DNA of 49,943 nt from the NCBI GenBank assembly GCA_032718475.1, contig JAUCBJ010006734.1, positions 1 through 49,943 on the forward strand, read 5' to 3'. The DNA comes from Nemertoderma westbladi. Its lineage: Eukaryota > Animalia > Xenacoelomorpha. Shown piece after piece: positions 38,955 through 49,943 of this stretch. The position numbers and the translations under genes are program-made. The notes beneath the pieces were generated by a model. That model was not told where the DNA came from and searched no databases. It saw only the letters and a list, made by a program, of their open reading frames with translations. Positions within the stretch are counted from its first letter, which is position 1, and each line of letters opens with the position of its first letter.

Positions 38955-39460
38955 GAAGTTAGTAGTAAGAGGGTACTTAGTACCGCTAGTTAGTTAGTAG
39001 TAGGAGGGTACGTAGTATCGCTAGTTAGTTAAGTAGTAGGAGGGTACGTAGTACCGCTAGTTAGTTAAGTTAGAAGTTAGTAAGAGGGTACGTAGTACCG
39101 ATAGTTGGGAGAGTTAGAAGTTAGTAAGAGGGTACATAGTACCGATAGTTGGGAGAGTTAGAGGTTAGTAAGAGGGTACGTAGTACCGGTTAGTAGGAGT
39201 TAGAGGTTAGTAAGAGGGTACGTAGTACCGGTTAGTAAGAGTTAGTGGAGTTGGAAGTTAGTAAGAGGGTACGTAGTACCGATCAGTAAGAGTAGTAGTT
39301 AGTTGTAGAGCTAGTTAGTAAGAGTGTACGTAGTACTGGTTAGTAAGAGTAGTAGTTAGTTGTAGAGCTAGTTAGTAAGAGGGTACGTAGTACCGGTTAG
39401 TAAGAGTAGTAGTTAGTTGTAGAACTAGTTAGTAAGAGGGTACGTAGAGTACCGTTAGTA
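38955..39460. repeat. Tandem repeats (about 33-53 bp, core TAGTAAGAGGGTACGTAGTACCG) in the 3' UTR of the outer element
   Basis: About 12 visible copies of the core. Confidence 0.9.
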
Positions 39461-40415
39461 GCAAGAATTAGTGGTAGGAGGATATATATGTATAAGATAT
39501 AGTATATAGTAAGAGACTAGAGAGCACAATATACCATAGAAGTAGTAGCCAGAAAGATAGATAGGGCAATAGCACAAAACAAAATAAAAATCAAGAATAT
39601 TAGGATCACCTCCGAACTACAGAAAAGCCTTCAAGATGGTAGACCACCTGGGGCTGAAGGGCGAGTTGGTGTAATACAACAGCCGGCATCTAGTAGACAG
39701 GGAGGTGGATACACATATCACGTGGGAGAAGTTGGAAGCGGATAGATTTGGGGAGAAGCGTCTGGAAGAAGTCGCCAGGGGAGAAAGGCCGAGAGAGAAT
39801 GAGGCGCATTATGTAGACGAACATATAATATAATATATGATAATAGCCTTATAATAATTATATAAGTAACTCGCATATATATATTATAAAGTACGTACCG
39901 TAGTCAAGCACAACCTTTTCCAATTAGCTACTGGGACTGGGGATTAATTGACTAGGGCGACAGGACGGGACTTGGACGGCTCCCACCAACATGAGCGCTC
40001 ATGTGTGGGGCACGATGAGTGTGTGAGGGACGAAAGCGAGAATGGGAATCGGGGGGAGAATGGAGAGGAGATTTTTTGACAGGATGAGGGACAGTGAGAG
40101 GAGTGCAGTTTGAGTGTGGGGGGGGGGAGGAGTAAGAGTTGGAGCGGTTGAGAAGTTGGAGTAAGGGATAGAGCGGAGTTAGAGTGGCGAGAGTGTTGGG
40201 GAAACAAAAATCGTGTGGGAGAAAGTCACGATCGGCCCGACACGGGACGCCAGGAAAACGGGGTAGCGATATCATACCCATAGGGAGCGGCCTGGAAAGC
40301 CAGCTCCGGAAAAAATAATTCCACCCCACACCCGATGGTAGATCGGGATCCAGCGGAATTGTAGCGCACTATAGGTGGATGCTATCTTCTCACCGGGAAG
40401 ATAGCATGGGGGGAG

Positions 40416-40979
40416 TGTTAGCGTATTCAATTCCACTAACCACCCCACAAAGTTGGCTTTAAGCAATATTGGGAGTACAAAGTTGATTACCAATCAACCT
40501 TGTATCACCCCAATAAGCGGGGCGACAAACCCCAAAGGGACACACACAGCGGGGGTCAGAGGTTACACCTCCGGGAGGGAGAGAGTGATAGCAGCAGGGG
40601 GAAACACTCCCAGAGAGATGGGAGGGTGAGAAATGAGTTATTAGCCAATGGGGGGAAGGCATCCACTGAGTAACGTAATACGGCCAACCAGTGCAATATA
40701 TATTACCATTTTATTGTATCATTCATTCACTTTAGTAAGTCAGCTAGTGAGGGCAGTACGGTAACTCTTAGCACCGTCCACTACCACCATCATTCACTTT
40801 ACTTTATATGCTATACCATCTGACTGTGCTTGTACTTTATCCATCTTACCATTTATATTATATACCTATCGGACGATTAACAACATTAGAACTCTTAAAC
40901 AATCCTTTCACATATACACGGCGGGGACGCGTAGCTAAGACAACCGGATAAACCGGGATCCTCGGTGGATCCCGTCACA
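40416..40979 (+). repeat. 3' LTR of outer Pao element
   Basis: Matches 10520-11089; preceded by PPT, followed by TSD GTTGT. Confidence 0.96.
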
Positions 40980-42455
40980 GTTGTTCTTCGATGACCCTAG
41001 GGGTCGAGAAGTATATTTTGGGCTAAATGTCCTGATTCTATATTTTTTATTGGGGGTGTAAGACTCCTGTTCTTCCTTTAATTTAATTTATATATACATA
41101 CCAACCCCCTGTCAGTCAGTATGTCGTTAACATCAATTATCATCTTATGTCAATAAGCCTTTATGTTATATCCATTAATTGAACTTTATTTACATGTATT
41201 ATTATTGATATTCTGTCGTTAAACTCAATTTGTTGTCTTCTTTGCTTAATATATCGCCGATATTACGGAATCAAGAAAGTTTTACACGCAGCACAACAGG
41301 CGGGTTACTATAATTAAGTATCAGTGATAATCTGGACAATTGTATCAGATTTGTGTGTTGTCATACCTCTGACTTTTACTAAATAATAAATATATGGCGA
41401 TATTTCAGACCATTATTATAAGCAAAGCTCTTATTATTAGTTACATCACGATTGAGAGTTGTCACAAATTGAGTACTGTAGTGATATCAATATAATTAGA
41501 CCAAAGACTTGTCACAATACGTTTCCTCTAAAGGAAAACACAATCACCAGACTTGAGTTCTTACAGAATTAATTAGTCAGTCATTTGCTTGTTATACTGT
41601 GTTGCCACACCCTCCAGGTATAGTATCTCAGTCAAATACAATAGATAATCAAATACCGTATCGAACTAAATAAATCATAGAGAAAATCAATACATGAGAA
41701 GGAAAAGGGTAACTTAAATCGATCCAGTGTGCGGATCTTCGTTGAAGGTATACTAGCGCCATTCCACCCATTGAATCAGACCAGCAATATAAAGCCTATC
41801 TGCATGTGATTTCGGTACAGCCGGTAAAGAGTCAAAATATACGAAATTGAGATTGAAGGAACATATTTTTATAAAATGCGCTAACATTCATAGTATAGAA
41901 CTTAAATTCACGTTCTGAGTGAAATTCAATAATCTTCGCATTATCCAAGTCCTATTTGTCGGTAGTTCTAATTAAACAATGTGGCGCATTTTGTTCTAGA
42001 ACAATTATTATTTGTTCTAGAACAAACAAACAAAAAAACTAGCTAATTTGTTAGCTAATTCTAATTTTTTATTCTATGTTATCTTTGTATCACATATTTA
42101 ATAAAAATCACTAGCTACAATGAAAATTAGTAGTTGTTAGTACTGTAATTGTTTTTAACACATACTAATCAAATAAACACCACAAAATAACATTTTTTTA
42201 ATGTTCTAGAACAAAAAACATTTGTTCAAGAACAAAATTAATAAAAAAAATGAATAGACAATATGTTCTAAAACATTTAAAAAAAGTAACAAAAACTAGC
42301 TAGTATAAAAAATGATGAGGGTGATGGTTGTGCACAAAACACACTACTACAACTGTAAGACCTGTTCAATCACAATTAAAACAGTTCAACTTAGTTTTCC
42401 GTCATCAGTTAGACCCTTTCAGCAATCTTCGAGTCGTTGGTCATTGATAGAGTGG

Positions 42456-43702
42456 TGTAAAAGCCTTTGCTGAATTGCCCCGTTATTTTTATTATCTTTT
42501 ACATTAAAATACTCTGTAGTTGATTTAATAAGTGTAAGAGACCGTATTATTGCTGTATCGGTGTTTTTAGAGGATCTAAGACCTATTTCCTCCGTATGTG
42601 TACTGTGAAAGGCATATTTTATGATTCTATGGCAATTCGTGACGCAAAGGGGTGATAGCTACTCTTGAACAGTAGTTACTATGACTACGGTTAACAGCTG
42701 ACATTCATACGTGTTGATTTCCTTTGTTCTACGGCGTCTCTCAGTTCAGTCAGCCAATTAGAGCGTTTTTGTGGCTCCTTGTACAGAAAATTTCCGAGAA
42801 ATGACGCAATGCCTATGTGCAGTGTTTACATTCAGTCCTGAGCCAAAGAAAGAACGGCTTGGAAGTATTTTGTGCTTTACTGTTTTTTAGTCTTACACTA
42901 GTAGGTTTAATTATAAAGGGCATATATCCTTTAACTAACGACTACCTGACTCATGGAATCACCTGCTGACTGATCATACATACTGACTGCTGAAACATTG
43001 CAAACTCGTAACAATCAGTGTTCAGTTGTTGTTTTATACTGCTATTTACTGTCAGTTCTTCATAATATGGTTGATGAATTATTATATTTGGAATAACGAT
43101 AAATAACCCCGCAACCCAATATTCTTGATATACCGAAGGTAAGAGAGAAAGGTTACCAATAACGATTGTGACTTATGTTAAAGTGGTTTGAAGTGAATCT
43201 AATGTTATTTGATAGACCCTACATGAGTCAGCCTGTGTTCCTTTTATATGTGACTAAAATCAGTGAAGATTGGCAGATTAGTGTGCAGTATTGTGCAGCA
43301 TTGTGTATGAGCGAGTCTGTTAAAGAAGCAATTCCTAAAGAATGCGCCATATATGTGAATTATAATTAAGCCATATTGTTGTGAGTAGTTTAAGTCATAA
43401 CTCTGTTTATATAGATAAAGCGCCACGTCCTAAAGGAACTGTTAATATTACCGAAGGTGAATAATATTGTCAGAGATTATATAATACTGTCAGTCGAATA
43501 ATACATTAGGCTTACATAGCAATAAAAATTAAACCGTCGAACCCAATCTCCCGGGAATATCCAGCGGGTGAATGGTCGCGCACGGATTGGTTTCGACTAG
43601 TGTAGTGAATCAAATACTTATCATAGACTAAAAACAGATTTAATATCTAGAAGACATCTTAATTTGGTGGGTTAAACTGCCAAAGGTCTGAAAGCGCGAA
43701 CA
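42456..43702 (+). repeat. 5' LTR of copy B
   Basis: TGTAAAAGCC...GCGCGAACA; 3' half clearly homologous to LTRs of copies 0 and A, 5' part strongly diverged. Confidence 0.85.
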
Positions 43703-43713
43703 TTAAAGGATAT
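43703..43713 (+). other. Non-tRNA primer-binding position of copy B, complementary to LTR 42924-42934
   Basis: TTAAAGGATAT is the reverse complement of ATATCCTTTAA. Confidence 0.7.
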
Positions 43714-45913
43714 TGCTTCTTTGTTGCAGTAAGCAATAAAGTTGAAAGTACCGGTCAACTGGTACATCTGTAGGTCAGTAGGCCCAACTGCCAGAACCGG
43801 TACCAGTAGGCCTGACTACCTAACCACTCGGACCGGTACCTACAGCAGTACAGGTACAGCAGTATTATTCGATTTTGATAGTTGTATACCGGTAGGTCTT
43901 AGTACTTAATCAGGGAACGGCCGCCCTGATTTTTTATTGAGATTTTACTTATTTCTGTCAAGTTTTATTTATTTGTAGGCCAGTATTGAACAGAAGGCGT
44001 GTAAGCCTGATCAGATTGTACAGACGATTTGTAGGCTGAGCTGTTGTCTGATTGCTGTTAAGTCCGAACGAATTGCAGTGTGTGTAGAGCACTTGTCCGA
44101 TTAAGTACGGTTAGGAAGTAGGGGCAGCCAATGCGGTAAGGTAAACCCCCAACTAAAGAATAAGTCGCACTACTGGGTTAGAGCGCATACTCCCTAATCA
44201 TTTCGGAGTCTGCATGTCCTGTGGTTTATTTAGGCTTGAGAGTAGTCTGCCATCGTTTAGTCTGTACTTTGTTTGTGTAAGTCTGTACGGGTAGCGTATA
44301 ATTTTATTTAAATAATTTGTAGGCTGGATAGTTGTCTGGCTGTTATTAAGTCTGAACGGATTGCCGCGTGTGTAGATCATCTGTCCGATTAAGTACGATT
44401 AGGCAGTAGGGGCAGCGAAGCTGTAAGGTAAACCCCCAACTAAAGAATAAGTCGCACTACTGGGTTAGAGCGCATACTCCCTAATCATTTCGGAGTCTGC
44501 ATATACCGTAGTTTGTTTAGGCTTGATAGTAGTCTGTCAGTGTTCTGTCTGTATTTTGTTTGAGTAGTTTGTACGCGTAGCGTAATATTTATTATTCAGA
44601 GTTTATGCGATTATTCGCAACATTCAAGTCCCCAAGTTTGTTCCTACAGTAATTGTGTTTGTTATACATACCGCTATAGTTAAATTAACCTCGGTACTAC
44701 ACGGGCTGCTTGGCGTAGGTAAAGACTGGTGATTTTGTGCATCGGTCACTCCAGCAGATGCCGTGGTTCTTTTAGCTGTTCAAGTATATTTAATTACTGA
44801 TTATCTGTTGTACAAGTACTCGTACCTAATTTAGGGTTTAGTGTACAGTGCTTTCCGAGAATAATTAGTGTAGGCATTATATTTGTGTTGTAAAGTGGTT
44901 GATAGGCACATTCGATTAGCTCTATTAACTTCTAGGTAGGAACACTCCGTGATACATAACGTAGAACCTATAGCGACACGGCTATAGGTCGTCAGGCGGT
45001 GGTATTTTCCTATCTAGACAACGCAGTGTATTTACTACTACTTATTATTTCAAATACCGTAGTACCCTGTCCGCTGTAATAATCAGTTTTCTAACCCTTT
45101 GTTAGGCTGGTTTGTAGACTTCTTGTAAAATTACCCTAAAAATTCGTATTTGTGTTTTTGTAAAATTTTGTGTTTAGTTAGAGATTGTAATCTCAACCCA
45201 AATTGTACGTAATTTGTAGTATTAAGTAACTTAGGTAAATTAGTATTATTTGTTTTAGTGTCCTGTACGTAACACTTCACTGAAAGCGCACCGCTTTGTG
45301 TAGTGATTACTCCCCAGAAATAATAACATTTATTTCAAACATTGACAAAACCCATTAAAAACGGGTATATATATATTATAAATCAAATCTAACGATTTAT
45401 AAATCGTAGGCCTACCATACAACCATTAGGCCTCAATATCAGTTGGATTACTGCTCAAATAACGGTAATAAAGTAAGTAAAGTAACAAAGTAACCCTAAA
45501 GTAACAGAAATTCAATTATTTGAAATAATTGATATACCGGTATTTATGATAGGCCTATTATCTTTATTTCTATAAATCTAGGCTGAAATTATACCGGTAC
45601 TTGTAATTAATTCTATTTCAGAATTATATATCCTACAAACTGTAAGCTGTATACCGGTATTCCGATAGGCCTATTATATATTTATATATTTGTGCTAAAA
45701 TTATACCGGTATTCTGTGATAAACCTAGTCTGTAATAATACTTATATAGTTATATATACTATAAGTATACCGGTATTCTAATATATTATATATATATCAC
45801 GCTACACTGAGTAGCAGTAACGGTAATTAATTACTAGGCTAGCAGTTCATACTGAGTTACTAGACTTACTCAGACTGTAATACAGCAGTAGACATTCAAC
45901 GGTATACATAGTC

Positions 45914-48900
45914 ATGTCTGATACTAAGCAGAACCTGTCAGACAGTTTATTAGATGTAACTATCTGCGACTCAGATAGAGACGTACAAACATCTGGTCGT
46001 AAATCCAGTTCACCTCCCACTGTGAGGAAGGTCATCCCTCCAGTAGTAATAACAGAACCTAGGCTGGTCCAACATCGTAGGTCTATCATAGGCACTCGAG
46101 CTCAGGTCAAGCGGGACCAAAAGGCAGCGGAACAGCAACAACCCGCTAGTCAAGAACTTATTCCTCAGCGGCCCAGCAGCTCCAGTAGTGAGGATACTGT
46201 AGAGCTGACACCCGAGAGCGGAGCAGAGATGACGGATGCGGTTTATACGGATCCCCTTCTCATCCTTCCTGCAGCCGTGCTCGCTGGGTTATTGATCGCA
46301 GTGGAAGAACACCAGATCGATTGGGCGAGAAGTCAACGGTCAACTAGAGATAACTACGCGGGATACACTAGTGAAGAACTGAAGTCTATTGTCGAGTCGC
46401 AATGGAACTTCCCCGGACCCGGACTCCCGTTTGATTTATCAGAAGCTGCCTGGGAAGACATACACCGGATGGGAGTAGCCAAGGAAACCATTGATCCAGC
46501 TGTATGGAAGAGGTCCGCAGCCGGATACGCACAGGGATTCTTCAGCTCTATGGAGCGAGTAGAGAGACAACTGTTTCAACAACCTCAAGGACCTCAAGAG
46601 CAGGGATCGCTGCTTTATCAAGTTAGAGAAAGAGTTCTGCGGATTAGGCTAATCTTATCCGCCTTTGAGGAGGCTTCTAAAAGAAAACAAGACACGTCGT
46701 TGCAAGTTGCCGTAAAGACTTGGTTTCAACCGGTGAGTCGCCAGGTTCAAGGAGCAGCTCAGTGGAAAGCTCAGTTGGAGGAGCGCTCAACCCATGGAGA
46801 ATCAACAGACGCTACTTTTTCCCAAGTGGAAAGTGAAGCGACGGCAGAGAAACCGCATAAGAGGGATGCCATTGACATCTATCTGTCAGACTATCAGCGT
46901 TTCGTAGGTGATGAAGAGTTGCGGAGAAGACTAGATGGGCTTAGCCCTAATAGTGAAGGAGCCCAGCGTGTGTTGGATGCAATTGATGTAGATAGGTTAG
47001 CGGCGAACCAAGCTAAATTCGATGAACAACTCCGCATCGCTAGAGAACAAGAAGAACAAGTAAGAAAAAAACGTATAGAAGACAGAAAGATAGCAGCAGT
47101 GGCAGAGGCGGAAAGAAAAGCGACCTTGGCAGAAGCAGCGGCAGAGGCAAAGGCGGCAGCAGCAGAAGCAGAGGCAAAGGCAACAAAAGCAGCAGCAGAA
47201 GCAGAGGCAAAGGCAACAGCGGCAGCAGCAGAAGCAGAGGCAAAGGCAACAGCGGCAGCAGCAGAAGCAAAGGCAGAGGCAAAAGCGGCAGCGGCAGAGG
47301 TAAAAGCGGCAGCGGTGGCGGAAGCAGAACGGAGAGCATCTGAAGAGGCAACCCAACTAGAGTTGGAAAATCTTCAAGAGAGGCAAGACAACTTCAATAA
47401 ACAGTTAACAGCTAGTAATATGCAGATGATGAGTCGATCTACTCCCAAAAGACAGGGATATACATCATCGGAGGAAGGCGATACCACCGATACTGAAGGC
47501 AAAGGAAATAGATCTCGTCTAAGCAGACGTAAAAGAACATTCCACCGTCAGAAATTGCCTGATTTGCCTCCAGCTGTTAGAAGGCAACTAAATAACACCA
47601 ACTTAGGTAGTACAGAGCCCACAGACCAAATAATTAAAATAGAAAGACTCCCTACTATAGTAGATGAGCCTGAAATAAGTAGGCCTGTTCTTGAAATCAC
47701 CCCTTCGGTGATAGACATACCTGTGCTCCATGAGACTACCTATAAATTCCCTCTACATAGCACTAAGCTACCTGTGCCCCGTAGAACTGCCCGAGAGACA
47801 GTTCAGGTCCTGGACCCCGAGCGAAATATTCCGAATTTGTCGCCCGTTGTCCCTTGTCTGCCCGCTACGACGTTGGCGGATCCCGTTTCGGCGGTTGATT
47901 GGGTAGACGAGAGACGGCGGGGGATGGATATTCTCCTCGGAGAGATGAAGGAGAATCAGATACGCTCCTCCCAACAGGTCCGAGAGTTGGAAGGGACTGT
48001 CCAACATTTAAAGGGAACAGTGAGGGAAAGCAAGTTAGAGTTGCAAGAAGTGCAGCAAAATATCGCGCTAGAGCGCGATAAATTAGTAAATTTACAAAAG
48101 GGTATACCACCACCCTCTGTAACAATGTGTCAACCTGTTAGGTCTGAAGTATTGCATGCGCAAGGTGTGGAGCCTACACGCATATATACTGCTAGCGAAG
48201 TAGAAACTCCTATAGTGAACCCTATTAAGGGTAATTATAGACCTGTTGATAATGATATTCCCTATAGAACTGATCATAATCCGAGAAATTTATATACCGA
48301 TAACTCGATATTAAATAGCACGATGGCCCAAGAAAGTTTTACGCGTCAAATGGCTAGAACCGAAGCCCAGCAAGCGGTAAAGGTTGGAGAGATCGTCAAG
48401 TTCAATGGAGATGAGATGAAATGGTTACCTTTTAATGAATATTACAAAGATAACATACAGAACTCTGTACTATCTAATGGAGAAAAACTTAGATACCTCA
48501 TCGAGTGCTTGGAAGGATCTCCCAAGTTAATGGCGTTAAAGTTTATTGGACATCCAGACGGATTAAGACAAGTTTGGGATACACTAAACATCAGGTATGG
48601 TAATAGGAATAATATCGCTGGGTACTTGTATGCCAAGTTAGTAGCGCCCCGAAAGTTTATTAGTAGCGGAATTATCGAGTTTTCCGATGAGATCCAGGAG
48701 ATCTGCAGACAATTAGACTGGCTAGGTAAGTCTCATGAGTATCAGAACACTATGGTTATTAGAGCAGTGGCTTCTACTTTACCTAAAGGTGGAGTAGGTA
48801 CACGCTGGGATAAGAAAGTGTTATATATGATGGAACAACAACGACGAGACCCTACCATGACTGATCTCATGTCATTCTTAGATAGAGAAGTGAAATTACA

Positions 48901-49943
48901 GCTCCTAAGGCAGTCCAGAGAGAAGACATTGGAAAACAAGGTAAGTGAGAAACCCGTTTCTAGGAGAAGGGTAACACCAGTATGTTATACCGACGACGGT
49001 GAAAGCCAAACTTCTCAAGGAGAGGACAGCGGGAAAGACACTGACAGATCTTATGTCAATAAAATGCCTAAAGATCAGGTAAGTAAATCCAAGTCTCGAC
49101 CCAATGACAGAAGGGAACCGGTACAAAAAACCCCTCCTATGTCTCCTAAAAGAATTCAGGTGAGAAAGCCCGAGGAAAGAACAAGTGTGCACCACACAGC
49201 ACATGTTAAAGTAAGTAACATCAAGCCCAAATGTGTGCTGTGCGACGGGCCCCACCGTTTAAATGCGTGTGATAAATTCCTGAGGAAATCACTAAAGGAT
49301 AGACGTGAAGTCATGTGGGATAAGCGGTTGTGTTATAATTGTCTCAGACGAGGACACCAACGGCGAACCTGTAACTCCGACGCAAGGTGTGCGAAGTGCG
49401 GCGCAAAACATCATATCTTGTTGCACACGGAATTCGAGCGAAACAGCCCGAGTCAGGTAAGTGAGTCCGAACTACATGTCCAATTCAGTGATGTGAACGA
49501 CACTGATCAATCTGAGATGGAAGGATTCTATACGGACGAGTTCTCCGACCAAAACGAATCCTGTTACCTAATAAACACCACCGCAGTGTATCGAGCACTC
49601 GTGTATGAAAAAGACACAGACAGCGACCTCACCCTAACTACTTCAGATCAACAACCATCTTGGAAAGCGCCAACTTCCAATATAGGAATCCGAGAATTTC
49701 CTGTAGTCCAGTTACGGGTCCACGGACCTCAGAAGAGCTATATAGTGAACGCCCTCCTGGACTCCGGTAGCACAGGAACATTCATCGATAAAGAGCTAGC
49801 CGAAGTCATCTTTGCTGGACAACCCAAGTTCCGAACCAAGCTAAACATGTCAGGAATCATGCAAGTTTGGAAATCTACAATAACAGCTGATTATTATGTA
49901 GGCGCGTTGTCCACCCCACAAGACGAACTAGGAGAACATAGCA
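45914..49943 (+). CDS. Apparently intact Pao-type Gag-protease ORF of copy B (more than 1340 codons, no stop in window)
   Basis: ATG 45914 (MSDTKQNLSDSLLD); same frame at 48323 (MAQESF) and 49751 (ALLDSGS); missing from the ORF track, consistent with running off the end. Confidence 0.88.
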   Translation, partial: MSDTKQNLSDSLLDVTICDSDRDVQTSGRKSSSPPTVRKVIPPVVITEPRLVQHRRSIIGTRAQVKRDQKAAEQQQPASQELIPQRPSSSSSEDTVELTPESGAEMTDAVYTDPLLILPAAVLAGLLIAVEEHQIDWARSQRSTRDNYAGYTSEELKSIVESQWNFPGPGLPFDLSEAAWEDIHRMGVAKETIDPAVWKRSAAGYAQGFFSSMERVERQLFQQPQGPQEQGSLLYQVRERVLRIRLILSAFEEASKRKQDTSLQVAVKTWFQPVSRQVQGAAQWKAQLEERSTHGESTDATFSQVESEATAEKPHKRDAIDIYLSDYQRFVGDEELRRRLDGLSPNSEGAQRVLDAIDVDRLAANQAKFDEQLRIAREQEEQVRKKRIEDRKIAAVAEAERKATLAEAAAEAKAAAAEAEAKATKAAAEAEAKATAAAAEAEAKATAAAAEAKAEAKAAAAEVKAAAVAEAERRASEEATQLELENLQERQDNFNKQLTASNMQMMSRSTPKRQGYTSSEEGDTTDTEGKGNRSRLSRRKRTFHRQKLPDLPPAVRRQLNNTNLGSTEPTDQIIKIERLPTIVDEPEISRPVLEITPSVIDIPVLHETTYKFPLHSTKLPVPRRTARETVQVLDPERNIPNLSPVVPCLPATTLADPVSAVDWVDERRRGMDILLGEMKENQIRSSQQVRELEGTVQHLKGTVRESKLELQEVQQNIALERDKLVNLQKGIPPPSVTMCQPVRSEVLHAQGVEPTRIYTASEVETPIVNPIKGNYRPVDNDIPYRTDHNPRNLYTDNSILNSTMAQESFTRQMARTEAQQAVKVGEIVKFNGDEMKWLPFNEYYKDNIQNSVLSNGEKLRYLIECLEGSPKLMALKFIGHPDGLRQVWDTLNIRYGNRNNIAGYLYAKLVAPRKFISSGIIEFSDEIQEICRQLDWLGKSHEYQNTMVIRAVASTLPKGGVGTRWDKKVLYMMEQQRRDPTMTDLMSFLDREVKLQLLRQSREKTLENKVSEKPVSRRRVTPVCYTDDGESQTSQGEDSGKDTDRSYVNKMPKDQVSKSKSRPNDRREPVQKTPPMSPKRIQVRKPEERTSVHHTAHVKVSNIKPKCVLCDGPHRLNACDKFLRKSLKDRREVMWDKRLCYNCLRRGHQRRTCNSDARCAKCGAKHHILLHTEFERNSPSQVSESELHVQFSDVNDTDQSEMEGFYTDEFSDQNESCYLINTTAVYRALVYEKDTDSDLTLTTSDQQPSWKAPTSNIGIREFPVVQLRVHGPQKSYIVNALLDSGSTGTFIDKELAEVIFAGQPKFRTKLNMSGIMQVWKSTITADYYVGALSTPQDELGEHS

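Larger units (their letters stand above)
10520..40979 (+). mobile_element. Full-length degenerate BEL/Pao LTR retrotransposon (outer element) carrying a 17.3-kb nested insertion
   Basis: Paired LTRs TGTTAGCG...CGTCACA; perfect TSD GTTGT at 10515-10519 and 40980-40984; gag-PR-RT-RH-IN order; PPT GGGGGGAG before the 3' LTR. Confidence 0.96.
42456..49943 (+). mobile_element. BEL/Pao-derived LTR element of the same family as copy A, copy B (runs off the window)
   Basis: LTR, leader and gag are colinear with copy A; its 3' half is not visible. Confidence 0.9.

Noticed and set aside
39636-39815. Small extra ORF in the 3' UTR of the outer element
   Set aside because: About 60 codons with an internal stop, no recognisable motif and no second copy to compare
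41300-41850. Possible decayed transposase fragment (TRLEFL-like)
   Set aside because: No sustained frame or catalytic motif recoverable by eye
42393-42423. Penelope-type hammerhead on minus strand (CTGAAAGGGTCTAACTGATGACGGAAAAC)
   Set aside because: One register lacks an intact CUGANGA core, the other lacks stem II; no stems I/III found; at most a decayed remnant

Overview
Repeat-dense eukaryotic (probably invertebrate animal) genomic DNA with one clear host gene, an intronless eIF2B delta subunit (8063-9820, minus strand). The rest is mostly nested transposons. A degenerate full-length BEL/Pao LTR retrotransposon spans 10520-40979 (5-bp TSD GTTGT). Just after its 5' LTR sits a 17-kb non-autonomous BEL/Pao-derived element (copy A, 11259-28585). 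Two further diverged members of that family lie at the window ends (copy 0, 1-3993; copy B, 42456-end). The family encodes Gag-protease; the only complete copy (A) has an in-frame loss of RT/RNase H and no integrase, and copies 0 and A carry a 3' accessory ORF with a swapped middle. Also present are three or four non-autonomous DNA transposons, two LINE fragments and a 2.6-kb 32-bp satellite. Main observation: none of the three visible 5' LTRs is followed by a tRNA-type (TGG) primer-binding site. Instead, the first 9-12 nt after each LTR are perfectly complementary to a segment inside the same LTR, with four compensatory changes between copies A and B. This suggests tRNA-independent self-priming of reverse transcription in BEL/Pao elements. 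All alignments were done by eye.
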